A program made the position numbers and the translations under genes. The notes under the pieces were generated by a model. The model was not told the origin of the DNA, searched no databases, and saw only the letters and a program-made list of their open reading frames with translations. Of a stretch of 64,000 nt of DNA, positions 45,585-60,300 are shown in pieces. The number at the start of each line of letters is the position of its first letter. Positions within the stretch are counted from its first letter, which is position 1. The stretch comes from Auanema rhodensis (taxonomy: Eukaryota; Animalia; Nematoda): positions 62,001-126,000 of the forward strand of contig CAXKVF010000088.1 of NCBI GenBank assembly GCA_964057225.1, read 5' to 3'.

Positions 45585-48500
45585 TACCATGCACCAATAT
45601 CAATAAAAATTTGTTTTTAGACTAATATTGACATGGGGAATCTAATTTTGAAAACCGCATCTCTTTATCTTTCACGTGAAGCGAGTTACATACCAAGTGC
45701 ACATTACGTGTACATTTAATTAGCATAAATTAAAGTTCACGTAAAATTCAAAGTCATGGTTACCATGCACCAATATCAATAAAAATTTGTTTTTAGACTA
45801 ATATGGACATGGGGAATCTAATTTTGAAAACCGCATCTCTTTATCTTTCACATGAAGCGAGTTACATACCAAGTGCACATCACGTGTACATTTAATTAGC
45901 ATAAATTAAAGTTCACGTAAATTTCAAAGTCATGGTTACCATGAACCAATATCAATAAAAATTTGTTTTTAGACTAATATTGACATGGGGAATCTAATTT
46001 TGAAAACCGCATCTCTTTATCTTTCACGTGAAGCGAGTTACATACCAAGTGCACATCACGTGTACATTTAATTAGCATAAATTAAAGTTCACGTAAATTT
46101 CAAAGTCATGGTTACCATGAACCAATATCAATAAAAATTTGTTTTTAGACTAATATGGACATGGGGAATCTAATTTTGAAAACCGCATCTCTTTATCTTT
46201 CACGTGAAGCGAGTTACATACCAAGTGCACATCACGTGTACATTTAATTAGCATAAATTAAAGTTCACGTAAATTTCAAAGTCATGGTTACCATGCACCA
46301 ATATCAATAAAAATTTGTTTTTAGACTAATATGGACATGGGGGATCTAATTTTGAAAACCGCATCTCTTTATCTTTCACGTGAAGCGAGTTACATACCAA
46401 GTGCACATCACGTGTACATTTAATTAGCATAAATTAAAGTTCACGTAAATTTCAAAGTCATGGTTACCATGAACCAATATCAATAAAAATTTGTTTTTAG
46501 ACTAATATGGACATGGGGAATCTAATTTTGAAAACCGCATCTCTTTATCTTTCACGTGAAGCGAGTTACATACCAAGTGCACATCACGTGTACATTTAAT
46601 TAGCATAAATTAAAGTTCACGTAAATTTCAAAGTCATGGTTACCATGAAGCAATATCAATAAAAATTTGTTTTTAGACTAATATGGACATGGGGAATCTA
46701 ATTTTGAAAACCGCATCTCTTTATCTTTCACGTGAAGGGAGTTACATACCAAGTGCACATCACGTGTACATTTAATTAGCATAAATTAAAGTTCACGTAA
46801 ATTTCAAAGTCATGGTTACCATGAACCAATATCAATAAAAATTTGTTTTTAGACTAATATGGACATGGGGAATCTAATTTTGAAAACCGCATCTCTTTAT
46901 CTTTCACGTGAAGGGAGTTACATACCAAGTGCACATCACGTGTACATTTAATTAGCATAAATTAAAGTTCACGTAAATTTCAAAGTCATGGTTACCATGA
47001 AGCAATATCAATAAAAATTTGTTTTTAGACTAATATGGACATGGGGAATCTAATTTTGAAAACCGCATCTCTTTATCTTTCACGTGAAGGGAGTTACATA
47101 CCAAGTGCACATCACGTGTACATTTAATTAGCATAAATTAAAGTTCACGTAAATTTCAAAGTCATGGTTACCATGAACCAATATCAATAAAAATTTGTTT
47201 TTAGACTAATATGGACATGGGGAATCTAATTTTGAAAACCGCATCTCTTTATCTTTCACGTGAAGCGAGTTACATACCAAGTGCACATCACGTGTACATT
47301 TAATTAGCATAAATTAAAGTTCACGTAAATTTCAAAGTCATGGTTACCATGCACCAATATCAATAAAAATTTGTTTTTAGACTAATATTGACATGGGGAA
47401 TCTAATTTTGAAAACCGCATCTCTTTATCTTTCACGTGAAGCGAGTTACATACCAAGTGCACATTACGTGTACATTTAATTAGCATAAATTAAAGTTCAC
47501 GTAAAATTCAAAGTCATGGTTACCATGCACCAATATCAATAAAAATTTGTTTTTAGACTAATATGGACATGGGGAATCTAATTTTGAAAACCGCATCTCT
47601 TTATCTTTCACGTGAAGCGAGTTACATACCAAGTGCACATCACGTGTACATTTAATTAGCATAAATTAAAGTTCACGTAAATTTCAAAGTCATGGTTACC
47701 ATGCACCAATATCAATAAAAATTTGTTTTTAGACTAATATGGACATGGGGAATCTAATTTTGAAAACCGCATCTCTTTATCTTTCACGTGAAGCGAGTTA
47801 CATACCAAGTGCACATCACGTGTACATTTAATTAGCATAAATTAAAGTTCACGTAAATTTCAAAGTCATGGTTATCATGCACCAATATCAATAAAAATTT
47901 GTTTTTAGACTAATATGGACATGGGGAATCTAATTTTGAAAACCGCATCTCTTTATCTTTCACGTGAAGCGAGTTACATACCAAGTGCACATCACGTGTA
48001 CATTTAATTAGCATAAATTAAAGTTCACGTAAATTTCAAAGTCATGGTTACCATGCACCAATATCAATAAAAATTTGTTTTTAGACTAATATGGACATGG
48101 GGAATCTAATTTTGAAAACCGCATCTCTTTATCTTTCACGTGAAGCGAGTTACATACCAAGTGCACATCACGTGTACATTTAATTAGCATAAATTAAAGT
48201 TCACGTAAATTTCAAAGTCATGGTTACCATGCACCAATATCAATAAAAATTTGTTTTTAGACTAATATTGACATGGGGAATCTAATTTTGAAAACCGCAT
48301 CTCTTTATCTTTCACGTGAAGCGAGTTACATACCAAGTGCACATTACGTGTACATTTAATTAGCATAAATTAAAGTTCACGTAAAATTCAAAGTCATGGT
48401 TACCATGCACCAATATCAATAAAAATTTGTTTTTAGACTAATATGGACATGGGGAATCTAATTTTGAAAACCGCATCTCTTTATCTTTCACATGAAGCGA

Positions 48501-51040
48501 GTTACATACCAAGTGCACATCACGTGTACATTTAATTAGCATAAATTAAAGTTCACGTAAATTTCAAAGTCATGGTTACCATGAACCAATATCAATAAAA
48601 ATTTGTTTTTAGACTAATATTGACATGGGGAATCTAATTTTGAAAACCGCATCTCTTTATCTTTCACGTGAAGCGAGTTACATACCAAGTGCACATCACG
48701 TGTACATTTAATTAGCATAAATTAAAGTTCACGTAAATTTCAAAGTCATGGTTACCATGAACCAATATCAATAAAAATTTGTTTTTAGACTAATATGGAC
48801 ATGGGGAATCTAATTTTGAAAACCGCATCTCTTTATCTTTCACGTGAAGCGAGTTACATACCAAGTGCACATCACGTGTACATTTAATTAGCATAAATTA
48901 AAGTTCACGTAAATTTCAAAGTCATGGTTACCATGCACCAATATCAATAAAAATTTGTTTTTAGACTAATATTGACATGGGGAATCTAATTTTGAAAACC
49001 GCATCTCTTTATCTTTCACGTGAAGCGAGTTACATACCAAGTGCACATTACGTGTACATTTAATTAGCATAAATTAAAGTTCACGTAAAATTCAAAGTCA
49101 TGGTTACCATGCACCAATATCAATAAAAATTTGTTTTTAGACTAATATGGACATGGGGAATCTAATTTTGAAAACCGCATCTCTTTATCTTTCACATGAA
49201 GCGAGTTACATACCAAGTGCACATCACGTGTACATTTAATTAGCATAAATTAAAGTTCACGTAAATTTCAAAGTCATGGTTACCATGAACCAATATCAAT
49301 AAAAATTTGTTTTTAGACTAATATTGACATGGGGAATCTAATTTTGAAAACCGCATCTCTTTATCTTTCACGTGAAGCGAGTTACATACCAAGTGCACAT
49401 CACGTGTACATTTAATTAGCATAAATTAAAGTTCACGTAAATTTCAAAGTCATGGTTACCATGAACCAATATCAATAAAAATTTGTTTTTAGACTAATAT
49501 GGACATGGGGAATCTAATTTTGAAAACCGCATCTCTTTATCTTTCACGTGAAGCGAGTTACATACCAAGTGCACATCACGTGTACATTTAATTAGCATAA
49601 ATTAAAGTTCACGTAAATTTCAAAGTCATGGTTACCATGCACCAATATCAATAAAAATTTGTTTTTAGACTAATATGGACATGGGGGATCTAATTTTGAA
49701 AACCGCATCTCTTTATCTTTCACGTGAAGCGAGTTACATACCAAGTGCACATCACGTGTACATTTAATTAGCATAAATTAAAGTTCACGTAAATTTCAAA
49801 GTCATGGTTACCATGAACCAATATCAATAAAAATTTGTTTTTAGACTAATATGGACATGGGGAATCTAATTTTGAAAACCGCATCTCTTTATCTTTCACG
49901 TGAAGCGAGTTACATACCAAGTGCACATCACGTGTACATTTAATTAGCATAAATTAAAGTTCACGTAAATTTCAAAGTCATGGTTACCATGAAGCAATAT
50001 CAATAAAAATTTGTTTTTAGACTAATATGGACATGGGGAATCTAATTTTGAAAACCGCATCTCTTTATCTTTCACGTGAAGGGAGTTACATACCAAGTGC
50101 ACATCACGTGTACATTTAATTAGCATAAATTAAAGTTCACGTAAATTTCAAAGTCATGGTTACCATGAACCAATATCAATAAAAATTTGTTTTTAGACTA
50201 ATATGGACATGGGGAATCTAATTTTGAAAACCGCATCTCTTTATCTTTCACGTGAAGGGAGTTACATACCAAGTGCACATCACGTGTACATTTAATTAGC
50301 ATAAATTAAAGTTCACGTAAATTTCAAAGTCATGGTTACCATGAAGCAATATCAATAAAAATTTGTTTTTAGACTAATATGGACATGGGGAATCTAATTT
50401 TGAAAACCGCATCTCTTTATCTTTCACGTGAAGGGAGTTACATACCAAGTGCACATCACGTGTACATTTAATTAGCATAAATTAAAGTTCACGTAAATTT
50501 CAAAGTCATGGTTACCATGAACCAATATCAATAAAAATTTGTTTTTAGACTAATATGGACATGGGGAATCTAATTTTGAAAACCGCATCTCTTTATCTTT
50601 CACGTGAAGCGAGTTACATACCAAGTGCACATCACGTGTACATTTAATTAGCATAAATTAAAGTTCACGTAAATTTCAAAGTCATGGTTACCATGCACCA
50701 ATATCAATAAAAATTTGTTTTTAGACTAATATTGACATGGGGAATCTAATTTTGAAAACCGCATCTCTTTATCTTTCACGTGAAGCGAGTTACATACCAA
50801 GTGCACATTACGTGTACATTTAATTAGCATAAATTAAAGTTCACGTAAAATTCAAAGTCATGGTTACCATGCACCAATATCAATAAAAATTTGTTTTTAG
50901 ACTAATATGGACATGGGGAATCTAATTTTGAAAACCGCATCTCTTTATCTTTCACGTGAAGCGAGTTACATACCAAGTGCACATCACGTGTACATTTAAT
51001 TAGCATAAATTAAAGTTCACGTAAATTTCAAAGTCATGGT
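45585..51040. repeat. 12-monomer block duplicated at a 19-monomer (3344-bp) offset
   Basis: G45T (TATTGAC) at 45629/48973, 45981/49325 and 47389/50733. G92A at 45852/49196. A run of three C98G monomers occurs in both copies. Confidence 0.88.
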
Positions 51041-54000
51041 TACCATGCACCAATATCAATAAAAATTTGTTTTTAGACTAATATGGACATGGGGAATCTA
51101 ATTTTGAAAACCGCATTTCTTTATCTTTCACGTGAAGCGAGTTACATACCAAGTGCACATTACGTGTACATTTAATTAGCATAAATTAAAGTTCACGTAA
51201 AATTCAAAGTCATGGTTACCATGCACCAATATCAATAAAAATTTGTTTTTAGACTAATATGGGCATGGGGAATCTAATTTTGAAAACCGCATCTCTTTAT
51301 CTTTCACGTGAAGCGAGTTACATACCAAGTGCACATCACGTGTACATTTAATTAGCATAAATTAAAGTTCACGTAAATTTCAAAGTCATGGTTACCATGA
51401 ACCAATATCAATAAAAATTTGTTTTTAGACTAATATGGACATGGGGAATCTAATTTTGAAAACCGCATCTCTTTATCTTTCACGTGAAGCGAGTTACATA
51501 CCAAGTGCACATCACGTGTACATTTAATTAGCATAAATTAAAGTTCACGTAAATTTCAAAGTCATGGTTACCATGCACCAATATCAATAAAAATTTGTTT
51601 TTAGACTAATATGGACATGGGGAATCTAATTTTGAAAACCGCATCTCTTTTTCTTTCACGTGAAGCGAGTTACATACCAAGTGCACATCACGTGTACATT
51701 TAATTAGCATAAATTAAAGTTCACGTAAATTTCAAAGTCATGGTTACCATGCACCAATATCAATAAAAATTTGTTTTTAGACTAATATGGACATGGGGAA
51801 TCTAATTTTGAAAACCGCATCTCTTTTTCTTTCACGTGAAGCGAGTTACATACCAAGTGCACATCACGTGTACAATTAATTAGCATAAATTAAAGTTCAC
51901 GTAAATTTCAAAGTCATGGTTACCATGCACCAATATCAATAAAAATTTGTTTTTAGACTAATATGGACATGGGGAATCTAATTTTGAAAACCGCATCTCT
52001 TTATCTTTCACGTGAAGCGAGTTACATACCAAGTGCACATTACGTGTACATTTAATTAGCATAAATTAAAGTTCACGTAAATTTCAAAGTCATGGTTACC
52101 ATGAACCAATATCAATACAAATTTGTTTTTAGACTAATATGGACATGGGGAATCTAATTTTGAAAACCGCATCTCTTTATCTTTCACGTGAAGCGAGTTA
52201 CATACCAAGTGCACATTACGTGTACATTTAATTAGCATAAATTAAAGTTCACGTAAAATTCAAAGTCATGGTTACCATGCACCAATATCAATAAAAATTT
52301 GTTTTTAGACTAATATGGACATGGGGAATCTAATTTGGAAAACCGCATCTCTTTATCTTTCACGTGAAGCGAGTTACATACCAAGTGCACATCACGTGTA
52401 CATTTAATTAGCATAAATTAAAGTTCACGTAAATTTCAAAGTCATGGTTACCATGCACCAATATCAATAAAAATTTGTTTTTAGACTAATATGGACATGG
52501 GGAATCTAATTTTGAAAACCGCATCTCTTTATCTTTCACGTGAAGGGAGTTACATACCAAGTGCACATCACGTGTACATTTAATTAGCATAAATTAAAGT
52601 TCACGTAAATTTCAAAGTCATGGTTACCATGAAGCAATATCAATAAAAATTTGTTTTTAGACTAATATGGACATGGGGAATCTAATTTTGAAAACCGCAT
52701 CTCTTTATCTTTCACGTGAAGGGAGTTACATACCAAGTGCACATCACGTGTACATTTAATTAGCATAAATTAAAGTTCACGTAAATTTCAAAGTCATGGT
52801 TACCATGAACCAATATCAATAAAAATTTGTTTTTAGACTAATATGGACATGGGGAATCTAATTTTGAAAACCGCATCTCTTTATCTTTCACGTGAAGCGA
52901 GTTACATACCAAGTGCACATCACGTGTACATTTAATTAGCATAAATTAAAGTTCACGTAAATTTCAAAGTCATGGTTACCATGCACCAATATCAATAAAA
53001 ATTTGTTTTTAGACTAATATGGACATGGGGAATCTAATTTTGAAAACCGCATCTCTTTATCTTTCACGTGAAGCGAGTTACATACCAAGTGCACATCACG
53101 TGTACAATTAATTAGCATAAATTAAAGTTCACGTAAATTTCAAAGTCATGGTTACCATGAACCAATATCAATAAAAATTTGTTTTTAGACTAATATGGAC
53201 ATGGGGAATCTAATTTTGAAAACCGCATCTCTTTATCTTTCACGTGAAGCGAGTTACATACCAAGTGCACATTACGTGTACATTTAATTAGCATAAATTA
53301 AAGTTCACGTAAATTTCAAAGTCATGGTTACCATGAACCAATATCAATACAAATTTGTTTTTAGACTAATATGGACATGGGGAATCTAATTTTGAAAACC
53401 GCATCTCTTTATCTTTCACGTGAAGCGAGTTACATACCAAGTGCACATTACGTGTACATTTAATTAGCATAAATTAAAGTTCACGTAAAATTCAAAGTCA
53501 TGGTTACCATGCACCAATATCAATAAAAATTTGTTTTTAGACTAATATGGACATGGGGAATCTAATTTTGAAAACCGCATCTCTTTATCTTTCACGTGAA
53601 GCGAGTTACATACCAAGTGCACATCACGTGTACATTTAATTAGCATAAATTAAAGTTCACGTAAATTTCAAAGTCATGGTTACCATGCACCAATATCAAT
53701 AAAAATTTGTTTTTAGACTAATATGGACATGGGGAATCTAATTTTGAAAACCGCATCTCTTTATCTTTCACGTGAAGGGAGTTACATACCAAGTGCACAT
53801 CACGTGTACATTTAATTAGCATAAATTAAAGTTCACGTAAATTTCAAAGTCATGGTTACCATGAAGCAATATCAATAAAAATTTGTTTTTAGACTAATAT
53901 GGACATGGGGAATCTAATTTTGAAAACCGCATCTCTTTATCTTTCACGTGAAGGGAGTTACATACCAAGTGCACATCACGTGTACATTTAATTAGCATAA

Positions 54001-57000
54001 ATTAAAGTTCACGTAAATTTCAAAGTCATGGTTACCATGAACCAATATCAATAAAAATTTGTTTTTAGACTAATATGGACATGGGGAATCTAATTTTGAA
54101 AACCGCATCTCTTTATCTTTCACGTGAAGCGAGTTACATACCAAGTGCACATCACGTGTACATTTAATTAGCATAAATTAAAGTTCACGTAAATTTCAAA
54201 GTCATGGTTACCATGCACCAATATCAATAAAAATTTGTTTTTAGACTAATATGGACATGGGGAATCTAATTTTGAAAACCGCATCTCTTTATCTTTCACG
54301 TGAAGCGAGTTACATACCAAGTGCACATTACGTGTACATTTAATTAGCATAAATTAAAGTTCACGTAAAATTCAAAGTCATGGTTACCATGCACCAATAT
54401 CAATAAAAATTTGTTTTTAGACTAATATGGACATGGGGAATCTAATTTTGAAAACCGCATCTCTTTATCTTTCACGTGAAGCGAGTTACATACCAAGTGC
54501 ACATCACGTGTACATTTAATTAGCATAAATTAAAGTTCACGTAAATTTCAAAGTCATGGTTACCATGAACCAATATCAATAAAAATTTGTTTTTAGACTA
54601 ATATGGACATGGGGAATCTAATTTTGAAAACCGCATCTCTTTATCTTTCACGTGAAGCGAGTTACATACCAAGTGCACATCACGTGTACATTTAATTAGC
54701 ATAAATTAAAGTTCACGTAAATTTCAAAGTCATGGTTACCATGAACCAATATCAATACAAATTTGTTTTTAGACTAATATGGACATGGGGAATCTAATTT
54801 TGAAAACCGCATCTCTTTATCTTTCACGTGAAGCGAGTTACATACCAAGTGCACATTACGTGTACATTTAATTAGCATAAATTAAAGTTCACGTAAAATT
54901 CAAAGTCATGGTTACCATGCACCAATATCAATAAAAATTTGTTTTTAGACTAATATGGACATGGGGAATCTAATTTTGAAAACCGCATCTCTTTATCTTT
55001 CACGTGAAGCGAGTTACATACCAAGTGCACATCACGTGTACATTTAATTAGCATAAATTAAAGTTCACGTAAAATTCAAAGTCATGGTTACCATGAACCA
55101 ATATCAATAAAAATTTGTTTTTAGACTAATATGGACATGGGGAATCTAATTTTGAAAACCGCATCTCTTTATCTTTCACGTGAAGCGAGTTACATACCAA
55201 GTGCACATCACGTGTACATTTAATTAGCATAAATTAAAGTTCACGTAAATTTCAAAGTCATGGTTACCATGAAGCAATATCAATAAAAATTTGTTTTTAG
55301 ACTAATATGGACATGGGGAATCTAATTTTGAAAACCGCATCTCTTTATCTTTCACGTGAAGCGAGTTACATACCAAGTGCACATCACGTGTACATTTAAT
55401 TAGCATAAATTAAAGTTCACGTAAATTTCAAAGTCATGGTTACCATGAACCAATATCAATAAAAATTTGTTTTTAGACTAATATGGACATGGGGAATCTA
55501 ATTTTGAAAACCGCATCTCTTTATCTTTCACGTGAAGCGAGTTACATACCAAGTGCACATCACGTGTACATTTAATTAGCATAAATTAAAGTTCACGTAA
55601 AATTCAAAGTCATGGTTACCATGCACCAATATCAATAAAAATTTGTTTTTAGACTAATATGGACATGGGGAATCTAATTTTGAAAACCGCATCTCTTTAT
55701 CTTTTACGTGAAGCGAGTTACATACCAAGTGCACATCACGTGTACATTTAATTAGCATAAATTAAAGTTCACGTAAATTTCAAAGTCATGGTTACCATGA
55801 ACCAATATCAATAAAAATTTGTTTTTAGACTAATATGGACATGGGAAATCTAATTTTGAAAACCGCATCTCTTTATCTTTCACGTGAAGCGAGTTACATA
55901 CCAAGTGCACATCACGTGTACATTTAATTAGCATAAATTAAAGTTCACGTAAATTTCAAAGTCATGGTTACCATGCACCAATATCAATAAAAATTTGTTT
56001 TTAGACTAATATGGACATGGGGAATCTAATTTTGAAAACCGCATCTCTTTATCTTTCACGTGAAGCGAGTTACATACCAAGTGCACATCACGTGTACATT
56101 TAATCAGCATAAATTAAAGTTCACGTAAATTTCAAAGTCATGGTTACCATGCACCAATATCAATAAAAATTTGTTTTTAGACTAATATGGACATGGGAAT
56201 CTAATTTTGAAAACCGCATCTCTTTATCTTTCACGTGAAGCGAGTTACATACCAAGTGCACATCACGTGTACATTTAATTAGCATAAATTAAAGTTCACG
56301 TAAATTTCAAAGTCATGGTTACCATGAACCAATATCAATAAAAATTTGTTTTTAGACTAATATGGACATGGGGAATCTAATTTTGAAAACCGCATCTTTT
56401 TATCTTTCACGTGAAGCGAGTTACATACCAAGTGCACATCACGTGTACATTTAATTAGCATAAATTAAAGTTCACGTAAATTTCAAAGTCATGGTTACCA
56501 TGAAGCAATATCAATAAAAATTTGTTTTTAGACTAATATGGACATGGGGAATCTAATTTTGAAAACCGCATCTCTTCATCTTTCACGTGAAGCGAGTTAC
56601 ATACCAAGTGCACATCACGTGTACATTTAATTAGCATAAATTAAAGTTCACGTAAATTTCAAAGTCATGGTTACCATGAACCAATATCAATAAAAATTTG
56701 TTTTTAGACTAATATGGACATGGGGAATCTAATTTTGAAAACCGCATCTCTTTATCTTTCACGTGAAGCGAGTTACATACCAAGTGCACATCACGTGTAC
56801 ATTTAATTAGCATAAATTAAAGTTCACGTAAAATTCAAAGTCATGGTTACCATGAACCAATATCAATAAAAATTTGTTTTTAGACTAATATGGACATGGG
56901 GAATCTAATTTTGAAAACCGCATCTCTTTATCTTTCACGTGAAGCGAGTTACATACCAAGTGCACATCACGTGTACATTTAATTAGCATAAATTAAAGTT

Positions 57001-57375
57001 CACGTAAATTTCAAAGTCATGGTTACCATGCACCAATATCAATAACAATTTGTTTTTAGACTAATATGGACATGGGGAATCTAATTTTGAAAACCGCATC
57101 TCTTTATCTTTCACGTGAAGCGAGTTACATACCAAGTGCACATCACGTGTACATTTAATTAGCATAAATTAAAGTTCACGTAAAATTCAAAGTCATGGTT
57201 ACCATGCACCAATATCAATAAAAATTTGTTTTTAGACTAATATGGACATGGGGAATCTAATTTGGAAAACCGCATCTCTTTATCTTTCACGTGAAGCGAG
57301 TTACATACCAAGTGCACATCACGTGTACATTTAATCAGCATAAATTAAAGTTCACGTAAATTTCAAAGTCATGGT

Positions 57376-60300
57376 TACCATGCACCAATATCAATAAAAA
57401 TTTGTTTTTAGACTAATATGGACATGGGGAATCTAATTTTGAAAACCGCATCTCTTTATCTTTCACGTGAAGGGAGTTACATACCAAGTGCACATCACGT
57501 GTACATTTAATTAGCATAAATTAAAGTTCACGTAAATTTCAAAGTCATGGTTACCATGAAGCAATATCAATAAAAATTTGTTTTTAGACTAATATGGACA
57601 TGGGGAATCTAATTTTGAAAACCGCATCTCTTTATCTTTCACGTGAAGGGAGTTACATACCAAGTGCACATCACGTGTACATTTAATTAGCATAAATTAA
57701 AGTTCACGTAAATTTCAAAGTCATGGTTACCATGAACCAATATCAATAAAAATTTGTTTTTAGACTAATATGGACATGGGGAATCTAATTTTGAAAACCG
57801 CATCTCTTTATCTTTCACGTGAAGCGAGTTACATACCAAGTGCACATCACGTGTACATTTAATTAGCATAAATTAAAGTTCACGTAAATTTCAAAGTCAT
57901 GGTTACCATGCACCAATATCAATAAAAATTTGTTTTTAGACTAATATGGACATGGGGAATCTAATTTTGAAAACCGCATCTCTTTATCTTTCACGTGAAG
58001 CGAGTTACATACCAAGTGCACATCACGTGTACAATTAATTAGCATAAATTAAAGTTCACGTAAATTTCAAAGTCATGGTTACCATGAACCAATATCAATA
58101 AAAATTTGTTTTTAGACTAATATGGACATGGGGAATCTAATTTTGAAAACCGCATCTCTTTATCTTTCACGTGAAGCGAGTTACATACCAAGTGCACATT
58201 ACGTGTACATTTAATTAGCATAAATTAAAGTTCACGTAAATTTCAAAGTCATGGTTACCATGAACCAATATCAATACAAATTTGTTTTTAGACTAATATG
58301 GACATGGGGAATCTAATTTTGAAAACCGCATCTCTTTATCTTTCACGTGAAGCGAGTTACATACCAAGTGCACATTACGTGTACATTTAATTAGCATAAA
58401 TTAAAGTTCACGTAAAATTCAAAGTCATGGTTACCATGCACCAATATCAATAAAAATTTGTTTTTAGACTAATATGGACATGGGGAATCTAATTTTGAAA
58501 ACCGCATCTCTTTATCTTTCACGTGAAGCGAGTTACATACCAAGTGCACATCACGTGTACATTTAATTAGCATAAATTAAAGTTCACGTAAATTTCAAAG
58601 TCATGGTTACCATGCACCAATATCAATAAAAATTTGTTTTTAGACTAATATGGACATGGGGAATCTAATTTTGAAAACCGCATCTCTTTATCTTTCACGT
58701 GAAGGGAGTTACATACCAAGTGCACATCACGTGTACATTTAATTAGCATAAATTAAAGTTCACGTAAATTTCAAAGTCATGGTTACCATGAAGCAATATC
58801 AATAAAAATTTGTTTTTAGACTAATATGGACATGGGGAATCTAATTTTGAAAACCGCATCTCTTTATCTTTCACGTGAAGGGAGTTACATACCAAGTGCA
58901 CATCACGTGTACATTTAATTAGCATAAATTAAAGTTCACGTAAATTTCAAAGTCATGGTTACCATGAACCAATATCAATAAAAATTTGTTTTTAGACTAA
59001 TATGGACATGGGGAATCTAATTTTGAAAACCGCATCTCTTTATCTTTCACGTGAAGCGAGTTACATACCAAGTGCACATCACGTGTACATTTAATTAGCA
59101 TAAATTAAAGTTCACGTAAATTTCAAAGTCATGGTTACCATGCACCAATATCAATAAAAATTTGTTTTTAGACTAATATGGACATGGGGAATCTAATTTT
59201 GAAAACCGCATCTCTTTATCTTTCACGTGAAGCGAGTTACATACCAAGTGCACATCACGTGTACAATTAATTAGCATAAATTAAAGTTCACGTAAATTTC
59301 AAAGTCATGGTTACCATGAACCAATATCAATAAAAATTTGTTTTTAGACTAATATGGACATGGGGAATCTAATTTTGAAAACCGCATCTCTTTATCTTTC
59401 ACGTGAAGCGAGTTACATACCAAGTGCACATTACGTGTACATTTAATTAGCATAAATTAAAGTTCACGTAAATTTCAAAGTCATGGTTACCATGAACCAA
59501 TATCAATACAAATTTGTTTTTAGACTAATATGGACATGGGGAATCTAATTTTGAAAACCGCATCTCTTTATCTTTCACGTGAAGCGAGTTACATACCAAG
59601 TGCACATTACGTGTACATTTAATTAGCATAAATTAAAGTTCACGTAAAATTCAAAGTCATGGTTACCATGCACCAATATCAATAAAAATTTGTTTTTAGA
59701 CTAATATGGACATGGGGAATCTAATTTTGAAAACCGCATCTCTTTATCTTTCACGTGAAGCGAGTTACATACCAAGTGCACATCACGTGTACATTTAATT
59801 AGCATAAATTAAAGTTCACGTAAATTTCAAAGTCATGGTTACCATGCACCAATATCAATAAAAATTTGTTTTTAGACTAATATGGACATGGGGAATCTAA
59901 TTTTGAAAACCGCATCTCTTTATCTTTCACGTGAAGGGAGTTACATACCAAGTGCACATCACGTGTACATTTAATTAGCATAAATTAAAGTTCACGTAAA
60001 TTTCAAAGTCATGGTTACCATGAAGCAATATCAATAAAAATTTGTTTTTAGACTAATATGGACATGGGGAATCTAATTTTGAAAACCGCATCTCTTTATC
60101 TTTCACGTGAAGGGAGTTACATACCAAGTGCACATCACGTGTACATTTAATTAGCATAAATTAAAGTTCACGTAAATTTCAAAGTCATGGTTACCATGAA
60201 CCAATATCAATAAAAATTTGTTTTTAGACTAATATGGACATGGGGAATCTAATTTTGAAAACCGCATCTCTTTATCTTTCACGTGAAGCGAGTTACATAC

